Source: Podarcis tiliguerta
Taxonomy: Eukaryota
DNA: 64,000 bases
Reading direction: 5' to 3' (one strand)
NCBI GenBank assembly: GCA_965153285.1
Contig: OZ229110.1
How positions within the stretch are numbered: position 1 is the stretch's first letter; every line of letters begins with the position of its first letter. Below, piece after piece: positions 48,704 to 61,800 of this stretch. A model generated the notes under the pieces. The model was not told the origin of the DNA. It did no database searches and saw nothing but the letters and a program-made list of their open reading frames with translations. Position numbers and translations under genes: made by a program.

Positions 48704-50109
48704 CTGAAAGGAAAAACAACAAATGGATCAAACTATTTTCTGAAGTACCCAGGCTATTATAGTTTTCTATGTTGCTGTCCGAAACGGAAACATACAAGCA
48801 GGGGAGCCAAACAAGGCCTTGACAATTAGAGGGGCTTCTATGCTCTACGTGCCTGGGAAGTTGTCCTCATAATTTGTGCCTTTCATTCTTGCTTTTTAAA
48901 TTTAGATTGTTGTGACTAACGGTAAGGGGCAGACAAATGCAACTACCTGATACAAAACTGTTCACTATTGCACATGTTGCAGTTCGAAGAGCACTAAGAG
49001 AGAGAGGCTCAGCAGCTGTATTTTACTGTGCAGATGCTGATAGGTTCACATCATTTTGTTAACTGCTACATCCTTTGTGAAGTAGTTGCAATATGCTACA
49101 CAAGGCTTTGTCTATATTCACAAGCATGCCTGGTAAAAACTCAGCTTCAGAAAAGCCAGAACTCTACACATTAAAATAGAACTATTAAATAAGCACCAGA
49201 CAGCCTACTATATGGTGTGTGCACCCTATATCTATATCCTGCTCGGTGACCTGGGGAATACATTTTTCTATAATCTTTCCTCCCACAGAGAACTTTCCAT
49301 TTCTAAACTTTCATTGTTTTGCAAGACAAATTAGTAACATGATTGTTGGACACAATACTAATCAAATTTGCAGTTTTAAACAGTTGCAAAGCAGCTGCTT
49401 CTGGGAAGTATGCATGCACACATAATAACAGAGATCCCTAACATCTCTTTGGATTACTGCAATCCTTTAGCCAGCCAAAGACAGGCTGAGGGGCCTTAAG
49501 AAGCAGTGTGGGTCTTAATGCACTGCCGGCATGGCAACATCTACCCACTGGATACTCCTGAATAAAGCTCTGCCATAACAGATGTACAGCCAGCGATATT
49601 CTGGCAGTTGTGGGAAAAATAAGGCATTGGAGGTGGTGGTAGTAGCGATAGATCTGCAGGATACAAAGCTCCCTCACTCCCCTGACATGCCTGCAAAATT
49701 GGCTCCACACTATCTAGCTCTGGGGCTGGCAAAGCTATTTTTCCAACAGGAGGGGGAACTCCTCACCACCACCTGCCCTGCCCATAGCAGCGGTTGTTCT
49801 GCCAAAGAACCTGCCCCTGCCCAAAACATGTTTAGCCATGTTTAGTATCTCAAAAATTTTCATTGCCTTCATTTCTCCCCCTTACAATATAAATGATTGT
49901 ATGGAAATATGGAAGTCTTAAAATAGTTGCACATTTTCCAACAAAGTGAATACCAAACTGAAACTCTGAATGTTATTTCAATATAACATTTAAACCAAAT
50001 TAACAATTCAATCCTAATATTTTCTGGGAAATTCCCTCAAATTTGTTCCAAAAAACTCTAATTGTGGAATCGGGTATTAATTTCTTACCTGAGAAAGCTC
50101 CTGACTTTG

Positions 50110-51661
<1,552 letters not shown>

Positions 51662-52606
51662 GGCTCTGTCCGGCGCTTCCCGTGGCTTCTCCTCACAGGT
51701 GGCGGAAGGACACGTCTCTTCTTCCGGCGCAGGCTCAGCCCTTTCCCCGCCGGAAGTCCGACTGTCATCTTCTCCCCCCCCCCCCCCGGACGAAGAAGGA
51801 GGCGGGATAGAGGCCTCACGCATGCACGGCCTGCTGGGAATTGTGGTCCGTTCAGACCTCTGAAGCGGGCCACCAGGAAAAGCCGGTGAGAGCGTGGACT
51901 ACGTTTCCCAGAAGCCAACAGGCGTCTCGCCCGCCCTGCCTTCTTTGATGCTGTGAGCGCGGGATTCAGAAGGCGCCAAAAGGGAGGCGCTGATTGGCTG
52001 AGCCGAGTCCTCAGCCGGGTCTTCGGTCGCGCGTGGCTGCGAGGGAGCAGGTGGCAGTGGAAGGTACCCCAAATACCAGCCCCTCGCGCGTTCTGCGTGG
52101 CTGGGAGGGGAGAGGTGGCGGAGGAAAGGGCTGGCTGGGAGGGAGCCGCGTTCGCCCTCGCCCTGCCGCGGCCCCGGGCAGAAACCTGCCCCGCAGGGAG
52201 GGAGGCTGGCGTGGAAGGGCGAAGGCGGGAGATTGATGCAGCAGCCCCATTACATTCAGTGCGGGACAGCTGGGCGGGCGGCGTAGGCCGGCTCTCAGGG
52301 TCCACTCGGAGGTCAGTCCCACGGAGTTCAGCGGCACTGGCTCCCCGGTTAAATGCCTGCGAGACTGCAGTCTGAGACGGGCGAAACGAGTAAGAGTCAT
52401 CTGGGTTGGCTGTCTCTTATTTTGCTTACTAGAGGATTTCTGAACCACCAACTGGATTAAAAAAAAATGGTGGTGGTGTTGTCATCCCTCTGTCTCGGGA
52501 GACAGTGGAAGAGTGTGCGCTGTCGGGGGTGAAGTCAAGCCCTTGGAGGAGAGTTACAGCGCCTGCTTTGACCTATATGGGGGAGATACATTGCTGTATT
52601 TTAATA

Positions 52607-52826
52607 CAGTAGTACCTCGGGTTACATACGCTTCAGGTTACAGACTCCGCTAACTCAGAAATAGTGCATCAGTTTAAGAACTTTGCTTCAGGATGAGAAC
52701 AGAAATCATGCTCCGGCAGCGCAGCAGGAGGCCCCATTAGCTAAAGTGGTGCTTCAGGTTAAGAACAGCTTCAGGTTAAGAATGGACCTCCGGAACAAAT
52801 TAAGTACTTAACCCGAGGTACCACTG
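52607..52826. mobile_element. Tc1/mariner (Tigger-like) MITE in the FEN1 5'UTR intron
   Basis: TIR CAGT(A/G)GTACCTCGGGTTA; TA on the left flank. Confidence 0.8.
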
Positions 52827-53057
52827 AATTGTGTTGGAAGCTGCCCAGAGTGGCTGGGGAAACCCAGCCAGATGGGCAGGATATAAATAAGAAATTATTA
52901 TTATTATTATACATGTTTTGTTGCAGCTGGGACATATGAAGGGGGCAGGGGTTGAACTGCTTTAATGCCCATTGGAAATAATAGGGACCATGATGCCAGT
53001 TGAACCGTGATGCGACTCCATTCAATTAAAGCAAGAGATGGATCCAGAGAGAGAATT

Positions 53058-54287
53058 TTTTTAAAAAAATATTTTTATTAAGTTTTCCATTTAACAATCC
53101 AATCATATCACATTAATTATTCCAAATTATACCAATACATATCATAAAGTCCAAATATTTTGCCAAATTATAAATTTTTGTTGGGGATTCCCATGCTTCG
53201 AGTTCAGTAAGGGTCCAGTCATCTCATATTTCTGCTGCTTTTCGTGTTTACCAGTCCCATCTTTCAATCTTCTTGTTGTTATCCTTTTTCTTCTTAATAG
53301 CCTCTGAGTTGTTTCCACAGGCGAGTTAAAGTAAGCAATATTATGCTTCTGTGTGAACTTTGTAAGGCTCTCCCTTTTTTAAAAAAAGCTGGTAAGTCTT
53401 TTGTTTGCAATAAATTCTCACACGCTGATCCAAAAGTCCTCCTCGGGTGGCAGACACCATCATTCTCAGTGCCGATGAAATAAAATCTAGGCGTTTGCTC
53501 ATAAATTTTCCCAGACAGGTTGCATTATAAATTAGGCTTTCCAGGGAAGATTTCGCCAAGTCAAACTTAGAATACAAACATGGTAACAGAGTAATGGCTC
53601 GCCTCCCCCTGTGCCTATTAATCTCGCAACCTTGTCTGTCTCATAATGGCGGATCCCAATTAAAAATTGCGTCACAAGAGAGCCTTTTATTTTCTTTCCA
53701 GATCTTTCAAAAAACAAAGGCTTTAGTTGATATTTTTGTTTCCACACAGTTTATTTTCCAGTCTTACTTGTTATAAGTCGTATGACGGTTCTTCTAGGGA
53801 AGGGATTGTTAGGTAATATCATAATAAAAAAAGGAAAAGCGCCCCCCCCCCTTTCCGTTCCGTTTCAACATACTGGCATAGATGTTATTCTTTGATGTTA
53901 TCTTCTGTCCAGTCCATTCCATCACTCTTAACTTCTCAGTGGCAGGCTTAATTAGCAGCTAACATACCCTTTTCTTCACTCGAAGCATGTGCAATAACTT
54001 TTTATATCCAATTTTTTATCTTAAGTAATGCAACTAGAGTCGCTCTCAGAGACAGTGTCCGGGAGATCCGAACTCACATGAGGGCTTTCCATCCAGTGCC
54101 CTCACCCCCTCCTCCTTTCGAACTTGGGGGTGATTTATGGGCAGCCGCGGACTAGACTCCATCTTCCCTTCCACCGGGAAGAATTTGGGAGGCTGATTTA
54201 CTCCCATCTTCAGCCCCTTAATTACCTCGTGTGAGCTGGAGAGATGGTATTGTCGGCCATCTACCAAGGCGCCCCTAGCGGCCCCCC
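53058..54287 (-). mobile_element. 1.23-kb non-LTR retroposon (L1-type, apparently non-autonomous)
   Basis: 18-bp TSD ggatcc(a/t)gagagagaatt at 53040-53057 and 54288-54305; G-run 5' end with AGATGGCCG; AATAAA plus A-rich tail. Confidence 0.75.
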
Positions 54288-54923
54288 GGATCCTGAGAGA
54301 GAATTAGATGTGTTGCAGCAATAGGTCACATTAACAGTGGGCGGGAAGAAATAATGGAGAATAGCAATGACAGACCCTGGACCTTTTATTCTAGTCCCAG
54401 ATACAGTCAGTCATTCCAGTCCCAGGTTTTAGTCCTCAGTTGATGTGATGTACCTCTGTGTCCCATTTGGTTTCCATGGGGTTCTATGGCAGTATAAGGG
54501 TGCCATATGAATGTAATTTACATTCCTTTGAGAGGAAGAGCAAGATATAAATTGGAAAAAAGAATAAATTCCTTACCTTATTTGTAATTTGCACTTCTTT
54601 CTCTGGAGTCTGTACAAAATTGATTAGTGAGCATAGTTTTTGTAACCTATTTATAGTGTATTTATAGTTTATTACAATTTTGCTGTATGTTGCCTTGAGG
54701 TTTCAGTGTAAAGCAATAAATAAGTTGTTGTTGTTCATCAAAATAATAACCACTACATGGTAATCTTAGATTGGTAGGAAAAATTATACCTTGATCCAAC
54801 AGCTGAACATTTTGCTTTCTTGTCATTTTAAATCATCAGTTCACACCTTCTGTTTTACTTTCTAGGTTTCTCCCGTGTTGTATCATCACAGAAGCAGACT
54901 GCAACCGGAGCTGAGTTACCAGG

Positions 54924-56072
54924 ATGGGAATCCATGGTTTGGCCAAGCTGATTGCCGATATAGCTCCTGGTGCCATTCGAGAGAATGACATTAAGAGTTA
55001 CTTTGGCCGGAAGGTGGCCATTGATGCGTCTATGAGTATTTACCAGTTCCTCATTGCTGTAAGGCAGGGAGCTGACATGCTGCAGAATGAAGAAGGCGAG
55101 ACCACAAGCCACCTGATGGGGATGTTCTACCGCACCATCCGCATGGTGGAAAATGGCATCAAGCCTGTCTATGTCTTTGATGGCAAGCCCCCACAGTTGA
55201 AATCAGGGGAACTAGCCAAACGCACCGAGCGCCGAGCTGAAGCGGAGAAGCAGTTGCAAGAGGCCAAAGAGGCAGGTGAGGAGGAAAATGTAGAAAAGTT
55301 CAGCAAGAGGTTAGTGAAGGTGACCAAGCAGCACAACGACGAGTGCAAGAAGCTGCTGACCTTGATGGGCATCCCTTACGTTGACGCACCTGGCGAGGCT
55401 GAAGCTAGCTGTGCTGCACTGGTGAAAGCGAGCAAGGTCTATGCAGCTGCTACTGAGGATATGGATTGCTTGACCTTTGGTAGCCCTGTGCTGATGCGGC
55501 ATCTTACAGCCAGCGAGGCAAAGAAGCTGCCGATTCAGGAATTCCACCTGAGCCGCATCCTTCAGGATTTGAGCCTCACGCAGAAGGAGTTTGTGGACCT
55601 TTGCATCCTGCTGGGCTGCGACTACTGCGAGAGCATCCGCGGCATTGGGCCGAAGCGGGCCGTGGAGCTGATCAAGCAGCACAAGAGCATAGAAAAGATT
55701 CTCCAGCAAATAGATGCCAAGAAGTATTCTGTGCCTGAGAACTGGCTGCACAAGGAGGCCCAGCTGCTCTTCCTGGAACCTGAAGTTGTCGACCCCGAAG
55801 CTGTGGATCTGAAGTGGAACGAGCCAGATGAGGAAGAGCTGGTCAACTTCTTGTGCGGGGAGAAGCAGTTCAACGAAGAAAGAATACGCAACGGGGTCAA
55901 GAGGCTGAACAAGAGTCGCCAGGGCAGTACTCAGGGCCGATTAGATGACTTCTTTAAGGTCACTGGCTCCATCACTTCAGCCAAACGCAAAGAGCCAGAA
56001 CCCAAGGGATCTGCCAGGAAGAAAGCAAGGGGTGGTGGTGCACTAACATCGAAGTTTAAAAGAGGGAAGTAG
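54924..56072 (+). CDS. FEN1: Flap endonuclease 1, 382 aa, single coding exon (exon acceptor AG at 54864-54865; non-coding exon 1 in the CpG island)
   Basis: [12 protein letters not shown] start, XPG-N and XPG-I motifs (IDAS, VFDG, EAEA, TEDMD, GCDY), PIP box QGRLDDFF, basic C-terminal tail. Confidence 0.99.
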   Translation: MGIHGLAKLIADIAPGAIRENDIKSYFGRKVAIDASMSIYQFLIAVRQGADMLQNEEGETTSHLMGMFYRTIRMVENGIKPVYVFDGKPPQLKSGELAKRTERRAEAEKQLQEAKEAGEEENVEKFSKRLVKVTKQHNDECKKLLTLMGIPYVDAPGEAEASCAALVKASKVYAAATEDMDCLTFGSPVLMRHLTASEAKKLPIQEFHLSRILQDLSLTQKEFVDLCILLGCDYCESIRGIGPKRAVELIKQHKSIEKILQQIDAKKYSVPENWLHKEAQLLFLEPEVVDPEAVDLKWNEPDEEELVNFLCGEKQFNEERIRNGVKRLNKSRQGSTQGRLDDFFKVTGSITSAKRKEPEPKGSARKKARGGGALTSKFKRGK

Positions 56073-57137
56073 AATTATTTTCTAGAACTCTGTACCAGTT
56101 CCCTTCCACTGCAGATGCTTGGAGCAAAATATATTAAACTACAGTCACAGAGCTTTGTGGTAATGTACTCTGTAGTGCTCAAAATGTGAGAGTTATCGTC
56201 AGGCCTTGAGCTCAGCTTAAACTGGTGCATGGTGGGAGGGACACTGCTCTGACAAAACATCTGACCCTGCCAGAGACCCAGCCAGTCTGAAGGCATGCCC
56301 TGCTCTCGAAGGACCCAGAGGGTGCTGCTCTTGCTGCCTTGAGTCCGGTGAACTCCATACATAGTATAGGTCCATCTTTGCTGGGAGTACCATGTTGAGA
56401 TGATTTTAGCTTTTGAATTGTATCTTCCAATAAATATTGATAACTAAATATTGATTACTACTTCTGTGTAAGCTTGTTAAAATGAAATTGGTGAGACTGA
56501 AATAGAGTTGCCAGAACTGTCTGCAGCACAACTCAAGAGTAGGTGGGCCATCAAGAGTTTGCTAAAAGGAGCTGTTCTACAACCTGGTCTGTAGTTTAAT
56601 ACTTGTCATATAGGATCTGGCTGCTACTTGCCTCAAATGGCAACTGTCTGGTTTTGACCCTCTTCAGTTATATTCAACATTGCACTAAGGAAATTACTCC
56701 GCGGGGCAAGCAGAAATGCTTGTGGTGACGGAACAAACTCCCTTCTCCCCTTTCTGGGGGTTCTTCCAACTGCCTGCAGCAGATCTGGGGAGTTGGTGAG
56801 GGAACTGTTACACTTGCCAGAATTGACTTCAGCGGCAGAAGCTGGATTTATTTTGATGTGCATTGTAGAAGACGTGTGTATGTGAGGGGTTTTTTACACC
56901 AGAAATTTTCCCTCCAATTTTATTTACCACGTGCTCATAAACACATACCACCAAAAAATGAAACCACTTCTTCTGTTTGGCCTTCAGATTAAGAAAACCA
57001 AATTGTAAAGTTCTGTTATCATTTTCCATATTTTAGGTTTATGTTGGTTTTAGCACCAGGGTGAAAGCTTAAAGAACCAATGTAGAAGCAATCCTGTCAC
57101 TAGCACTTTTCTCTTTTAAGATTTGTAGTAACTATAC

Positions 57138-57143
57138 AATAAA
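57138..57143 (+). terminator. Probable FEN1 distal poly(A) signal (proximal AATAAA at 56429-56434)
   Basis: AATAAA with upstream TGTA and a U-rich downstream region. Confidence 0.55.
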
Positions 57144-57197
57144 GCTCTTTTGATTATTTATTCTTCCTTTATAACAGACTGATATGAAAATAATATA

Positions 57198-57452
57198 CCG
57201 TATTTTTTGCTCTATAAGACGCACCAGACCACAAGACGCACCTAGTTTTTGGAGGAGGAAAACAAGAAAAAATATATTCTGAATCTCAGAAGCCAGAACA
57301 GCAAGAGGGATCGCTGCGCAGTGAAAGCAGCAATCCCTCTTGCTGTTCTGGCTTCTGGGATAGCTGCGCAGCCTGCATTCGCTCCATCAGACGCACACAC
57401 ATTTCCCCTTTTTAGGAGGGAAAAAGTGAGTCTTATAGAGCAAAAAATACGG
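57198..57452. mobile_element. Tc2/pogo-like MITE, 255 bp
   Basis: Perfect 23-bp TIR CCGTATTTTTTGCTCTATAAGAC; TA on both sides. Confidence 0.88.
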
Positions 57453-57596
57453 TAATTGTGATAGTTTTGTTGATTTAAAGTAGCCAAGGTTTTGAGACAG
57501 TAGAAGCTAGAATTTTGTTTGGGTTCTGTTCGTTGGGAATACAAATAGGCATATACAGCTGTCTAAACAGGATTGTGCCTTTGGCATGCCTTAAGA

Positions 57597-57732
57597 CAGG
57601 CACAGGCAAACTCCGGGCCTCCAGATGTTTGGGACTACAATTCCCATCATCCCTGACCACTGGTCCTGTTAGCTAGGGATGATGGGAATTGTAGTCCCAA
57701 ACATCTGGAGGGCTGGAGTTTGCCTATGCCTG
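57597..57732. mobile_element. Young palindromic hAT MITE, 136 bp
   Basis: TIR CAGGCA(C/T)AGGCAAACTC; perfect 8-bp TSD CCTTAAGA at 57589-57596 and 57733-57740. Confidence 0.9.
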
Positions 57733-58706
57733 CCTTAAGACATAGTACTTCCCATAAACTTTGGACCACAACTCCCATCAGCCCCAATTCAACGGGCAGA
57801 GATAATGGGAATGATAAACCAGAATATCTGTCTACTTCCGGTGTTACTATAGTACTTTGACCTTTTTGCTTTAACAGCTAGCTGATGGGTTTGATTAAAA
57901 ATTAGTTCATACCTTCATAACTCACATATGCATGATTATCATAAAAAGAAGGAAATATGACCTATACCCATATGTGGTTTCTGCAAATCACCCTCATTGT
58001 AAGTGATAGAAACAACATAGGAAGCTGTTTTCTACTGAGTTAGACCCCTGGTCCATCTAGCGCTGTACTGTCTACATGGAGTGGCAGCAGCTCCAGGTTT
58101 CCTAGATAGGACATGCCCAACTGTACCTGGCGATGCCAAGAAATGAACCTGGGACCTTTGTATGTAAAAACAACCAACAATACATCAACATTCTCAAGAG
58201 GATAAGCCAAACTTTGTGGCCTGGTAGTTGTTCATTATGCAATATCAAGAAAGGGACACTGAGCTCACCTCTCCAGTGCACTAGAAACACATACATGGTC
58301 CACAATCCAGTTTAGGTAATTTGTGTGTAGTAGGCTTCCTATTGTGTAAACCAGGTGTTGAAAAAATGCATAAACCTTACAGCAGAGGTGCAGAACGTTT
58401 TTTGGATCAGGAGCTACCTACTCATCCAGGTAAATGGCACATGACTGGTGACAATGGGCTTAAGCATACAGAATTTTTACCTGGATTGGGTCTTCAGAGA
58501 ATCAGCATATGACATCTCAAATCATTCAAAGAAAAGAAGCCCTTTAAAAGATCTTGTGCACAGTCTTTTCCTTCAGATGCATATACCCCCACCCCCTTTC
58601 TTCCTTTCACTGTATGGCAGCTCATTGGGGACCTTGTTAACAACTTTTACTTCCAGGTTCAAAGGGAGATGTACAAAATAGGGAAAGCATGGTATCAGAC
58701 ATAAAT

Positions 58707-58712
58707 TTTATT
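58707..58712 (-). terminator. Candidate proximal poly(A) signal of the FADS1-like gene
   Basis: AATAAA on the minus strand about 115 nt after the stop codon. Confidence 0.5.
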
Positions 58713-58825
58713 ATAAATAGGAAACAATGAAACACTGGGAGTTGGAAAAACGTTCAAGGCAATCTGCTGGTCCAAGGCATCTGTGGAGACATCGTGAATG
58801 AATCTGTTTTCTGTAAAGGCAGTAC

Positions 58826-61800
58826 TTATTTATGCAAATAGGCATCCAACCAGAGCTCTCCAGAATCCTTCAGGGAACTGCAGTGAGAGAAAGGGTGGGG
58901 TAGGAGAAAACTAATTAAGTGTTGTGGAAAAGAAAGGGTAAGATGCCAGAGATACAATCAAGTTAAATAGAGAGGCAGGAATCTGGGTAAAGATCAAGAA
59001 AGCAGAATTCTGTAGCTCAGCAGTAGTCAACCTTTTTTTGCCACTAGAGCTGTATGCAATTCCCCAATGGCCATGAGCCAGCCACAAGCCCGCTGCAGGA
59101 ATGGTGAAAGGGGGTGTGGCGGCTACTTATTTTAATTTCAAAATTTACAAATCACCCTATATTTAAAAAAATACCTGAGGGATGCACAGGAATAGTAAAC
59201 ACAAGTAATAAAAAACAAAGTTGGAAACCATGAAAGCAACCTGAATTAAATGCTGCAGAAATGACTAATTCAGGAAGGCCTGGGAAAAGGCTGCTGAAAC
59301 AATGAAAACGATGCTTCCAAGTCATACTTTGTTGTGTTATTTCTGGAAATGCACCTTTTCCTTTAAAACGGTTGAGCAGTTTGTGCAGTGGGTGCTGGCC
59401 AGCCCCTGCCAATTGCTACCAGTTGTGTCTTCTGCGGGGGGAGGCAGCCCTCTGCCACTGAGGGTGCTGCAGAAACAGAAATGGGTGCCCCAGTGTTTTG
59501 TCAGAACTTGGGAGACACTGGAGCAGACTGGAGCATTCTGGAAGCATTACAGCATTCTCCATCTGACTTGACAGCAGTGGCTTGGCAAAATATCTGCAAA
59601 AGCAGTGCCAGTAAAATTTAATGGGAACAGTGGGATGCTAAAAGCTGCTTGGCCGGTCTGATCATGCCACTGGTTTATCCACCCCTGCAGAAAATGAGAG
59701 TAAGCTGCCTTATCTTCCCACCGCACATCTGTATCTTTATGCCACATTTCTCCTTTGATACATACCGTAAAATATCTGCAAAGGCTGTCAGCAGGGGCTT
59801 GCACTTGTATTCAATGCCATGTTTGGCACACAGAGACTTCACCAGAGGGACCACCTTCCAGTAGTTGTGCCGGGGCATCGTAGGGAAGAGACTGGCGGGG
59901 GAAACCAAAACAATTCTGCCTCAAGTTCTGCTAATCACATTTGGTGTAGAAATCATAGACAAGGCAGTCATCCAGAAAACCAAACAATAGAAAAATTGCT
60001 TCACATACTCGACGTTTGTTCTTCCTACGGAGAATCACACAGCATGAAAAGCATTCCTAGGATGTGTTGGCTTGGATCCAAAGAAGTTTCACACAACTGG
60101 CTCAGCATGTCTACTTGCACAAGGCAGCGCGCTGATTTCTCTTGTGTTCCCTTTCCCAGTGTAGCCTCTCCCACCACGTCCCACTTCACACTACTCCAGA
60201 GAGTCCTGCATCCCTAGGGAGTTGCTTTTCAAGTGGCAGTAGGGTAAGAGCCAGAAAAGCCCCATTGTGTGAGCAGGGTTCCACTCACCTACATACAACC
60301 CAGAGAAAGCACTTCTTACTTACTGGTGTTCAATCTGGAAATTCAAGTGCCCAGTAAACCAGTCGTTGAACCAGGAATGCTCAACGTTACATGTCGCCTG
60401 GAGCTGAAATAACAAGTGGGTGGATGTTGAAGCACTTGACAGCTTTCTCTCTCTCCTGGTATGACGGCTATGGGTTGCATTCAGCCAAGTCATTGTGCAA
60501 GTTGAGGAACTTCTACTCAATGCAAAAGAACTTTCTCTCTCCCCACCACATCCCTCCCAATGCGCCCCGAGTTCCCCCTCAACCCTCAAGAGCAGATTTG
60601 GCAGTGGGGTACAGAGGGAGAAAGGGGCAGGGAAATGCTGTTGTGTGAGCAGAAGTTTTGCTTGCGCAACGACCTTGTTGGATTCAACCCTAAGTTACTA
60701 CCAAATCCCTCCCATAGTTAGCAAAGTAGACTAGATGTCAGCACCACATTCTTGCAATCCTCACGTTACCAAAGAGCCTACAGTGGGTCACATGTCTGCC
60801 ATGTTGCCCATTCCCCACTTTTCACTGTTACAACCCTCAGACCCAACTAGAGACTGTTCTTCAGAAGGGAAGGGATGCTGTGGCCATCTGCTTCATTAGC
60901 CCTTCTGGGTTACTGGGGAGAACTGCTGCTACACTGTGATACTGTGGTGGGCAACTGTTATGGACAGTGGGAAATTTAGTGATGCTCCTCTCTGAAGCAT
61001 GTTGGGATTCCAAGATTGATTGTGAGGAGCAAAGAAGGTGGGTTTGTCTCGTTTCACTTGATTCTTTTTGGCAGCTTTTACTCCAGTCCTAGCAGGAGCC
61101 AGGAGATGCCCTGCTCTGGTCCCAAGAAGGCTCACCCTCTCATTTTGGGTGATTGTCAAATGACGACAGAATACTGATGATAAGAACACAATGACACAAA
61201 TGTGTTTGTGAGTGTTGCAACGCCAGCATTTGCTGAAGTGAGCAGTCACAGTATGTGGAAGGATTGGATTACTTTTTAAAACAAACAGGACTACAGCTGG
61301 GTCCTAATTCTACCGGGGGGGGGGGGGGGGGATGAAAAGCCATTTTTTAAATTTCTCAGCCTAATACATTGTTTCTCCCCCTTATTAAAAAGAGCTTATT
61401 TGATTGTTACAGCACAATCAACAATAATTTTTATGTTATGTATCTGTGTTTTTCTATTGTAAGCCGCTCTGTGATCCTCTGTGAACATCTTCTCTAGATG
61501 TTCCTCATTCTCTCAAGGGCATGTTTCTGGTCCCTCTTGCTACCAGCTACTCTCCATGCTCTTTGTTTCCTTCTGCTTGCTTCTTAAATACTTGCAGGGT
61601 TCTTTCTGCCTCCCCTCTGCCCCTAAGCCATACTCTAAGCCCAGGGATGGGGAACCTGTAACCTCTCCAGATGTTGCCGGACTACAACTAACATCATTCC
61701 TGACCAGTGGCCAAAAAGGCTAAGGCTGGTAGGAGTTGGAGGGCAGGCCCACACCATACATTTAAAGCACACCCAAGGCATATAGCATCATCCAAAGACT

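Noticed and set aside
55169-55912. Antisense ORFs within FEN1
   Set aside because: Shadow ORFs of a GC3-rich coding sequence
54924-56072. Intronless FEN1 CDS as a possible retrocopy
   Set aside because: A single coding exon is normal for amniote FEN1; it has an upstream acceptor, the syntenic position and an intact ORF
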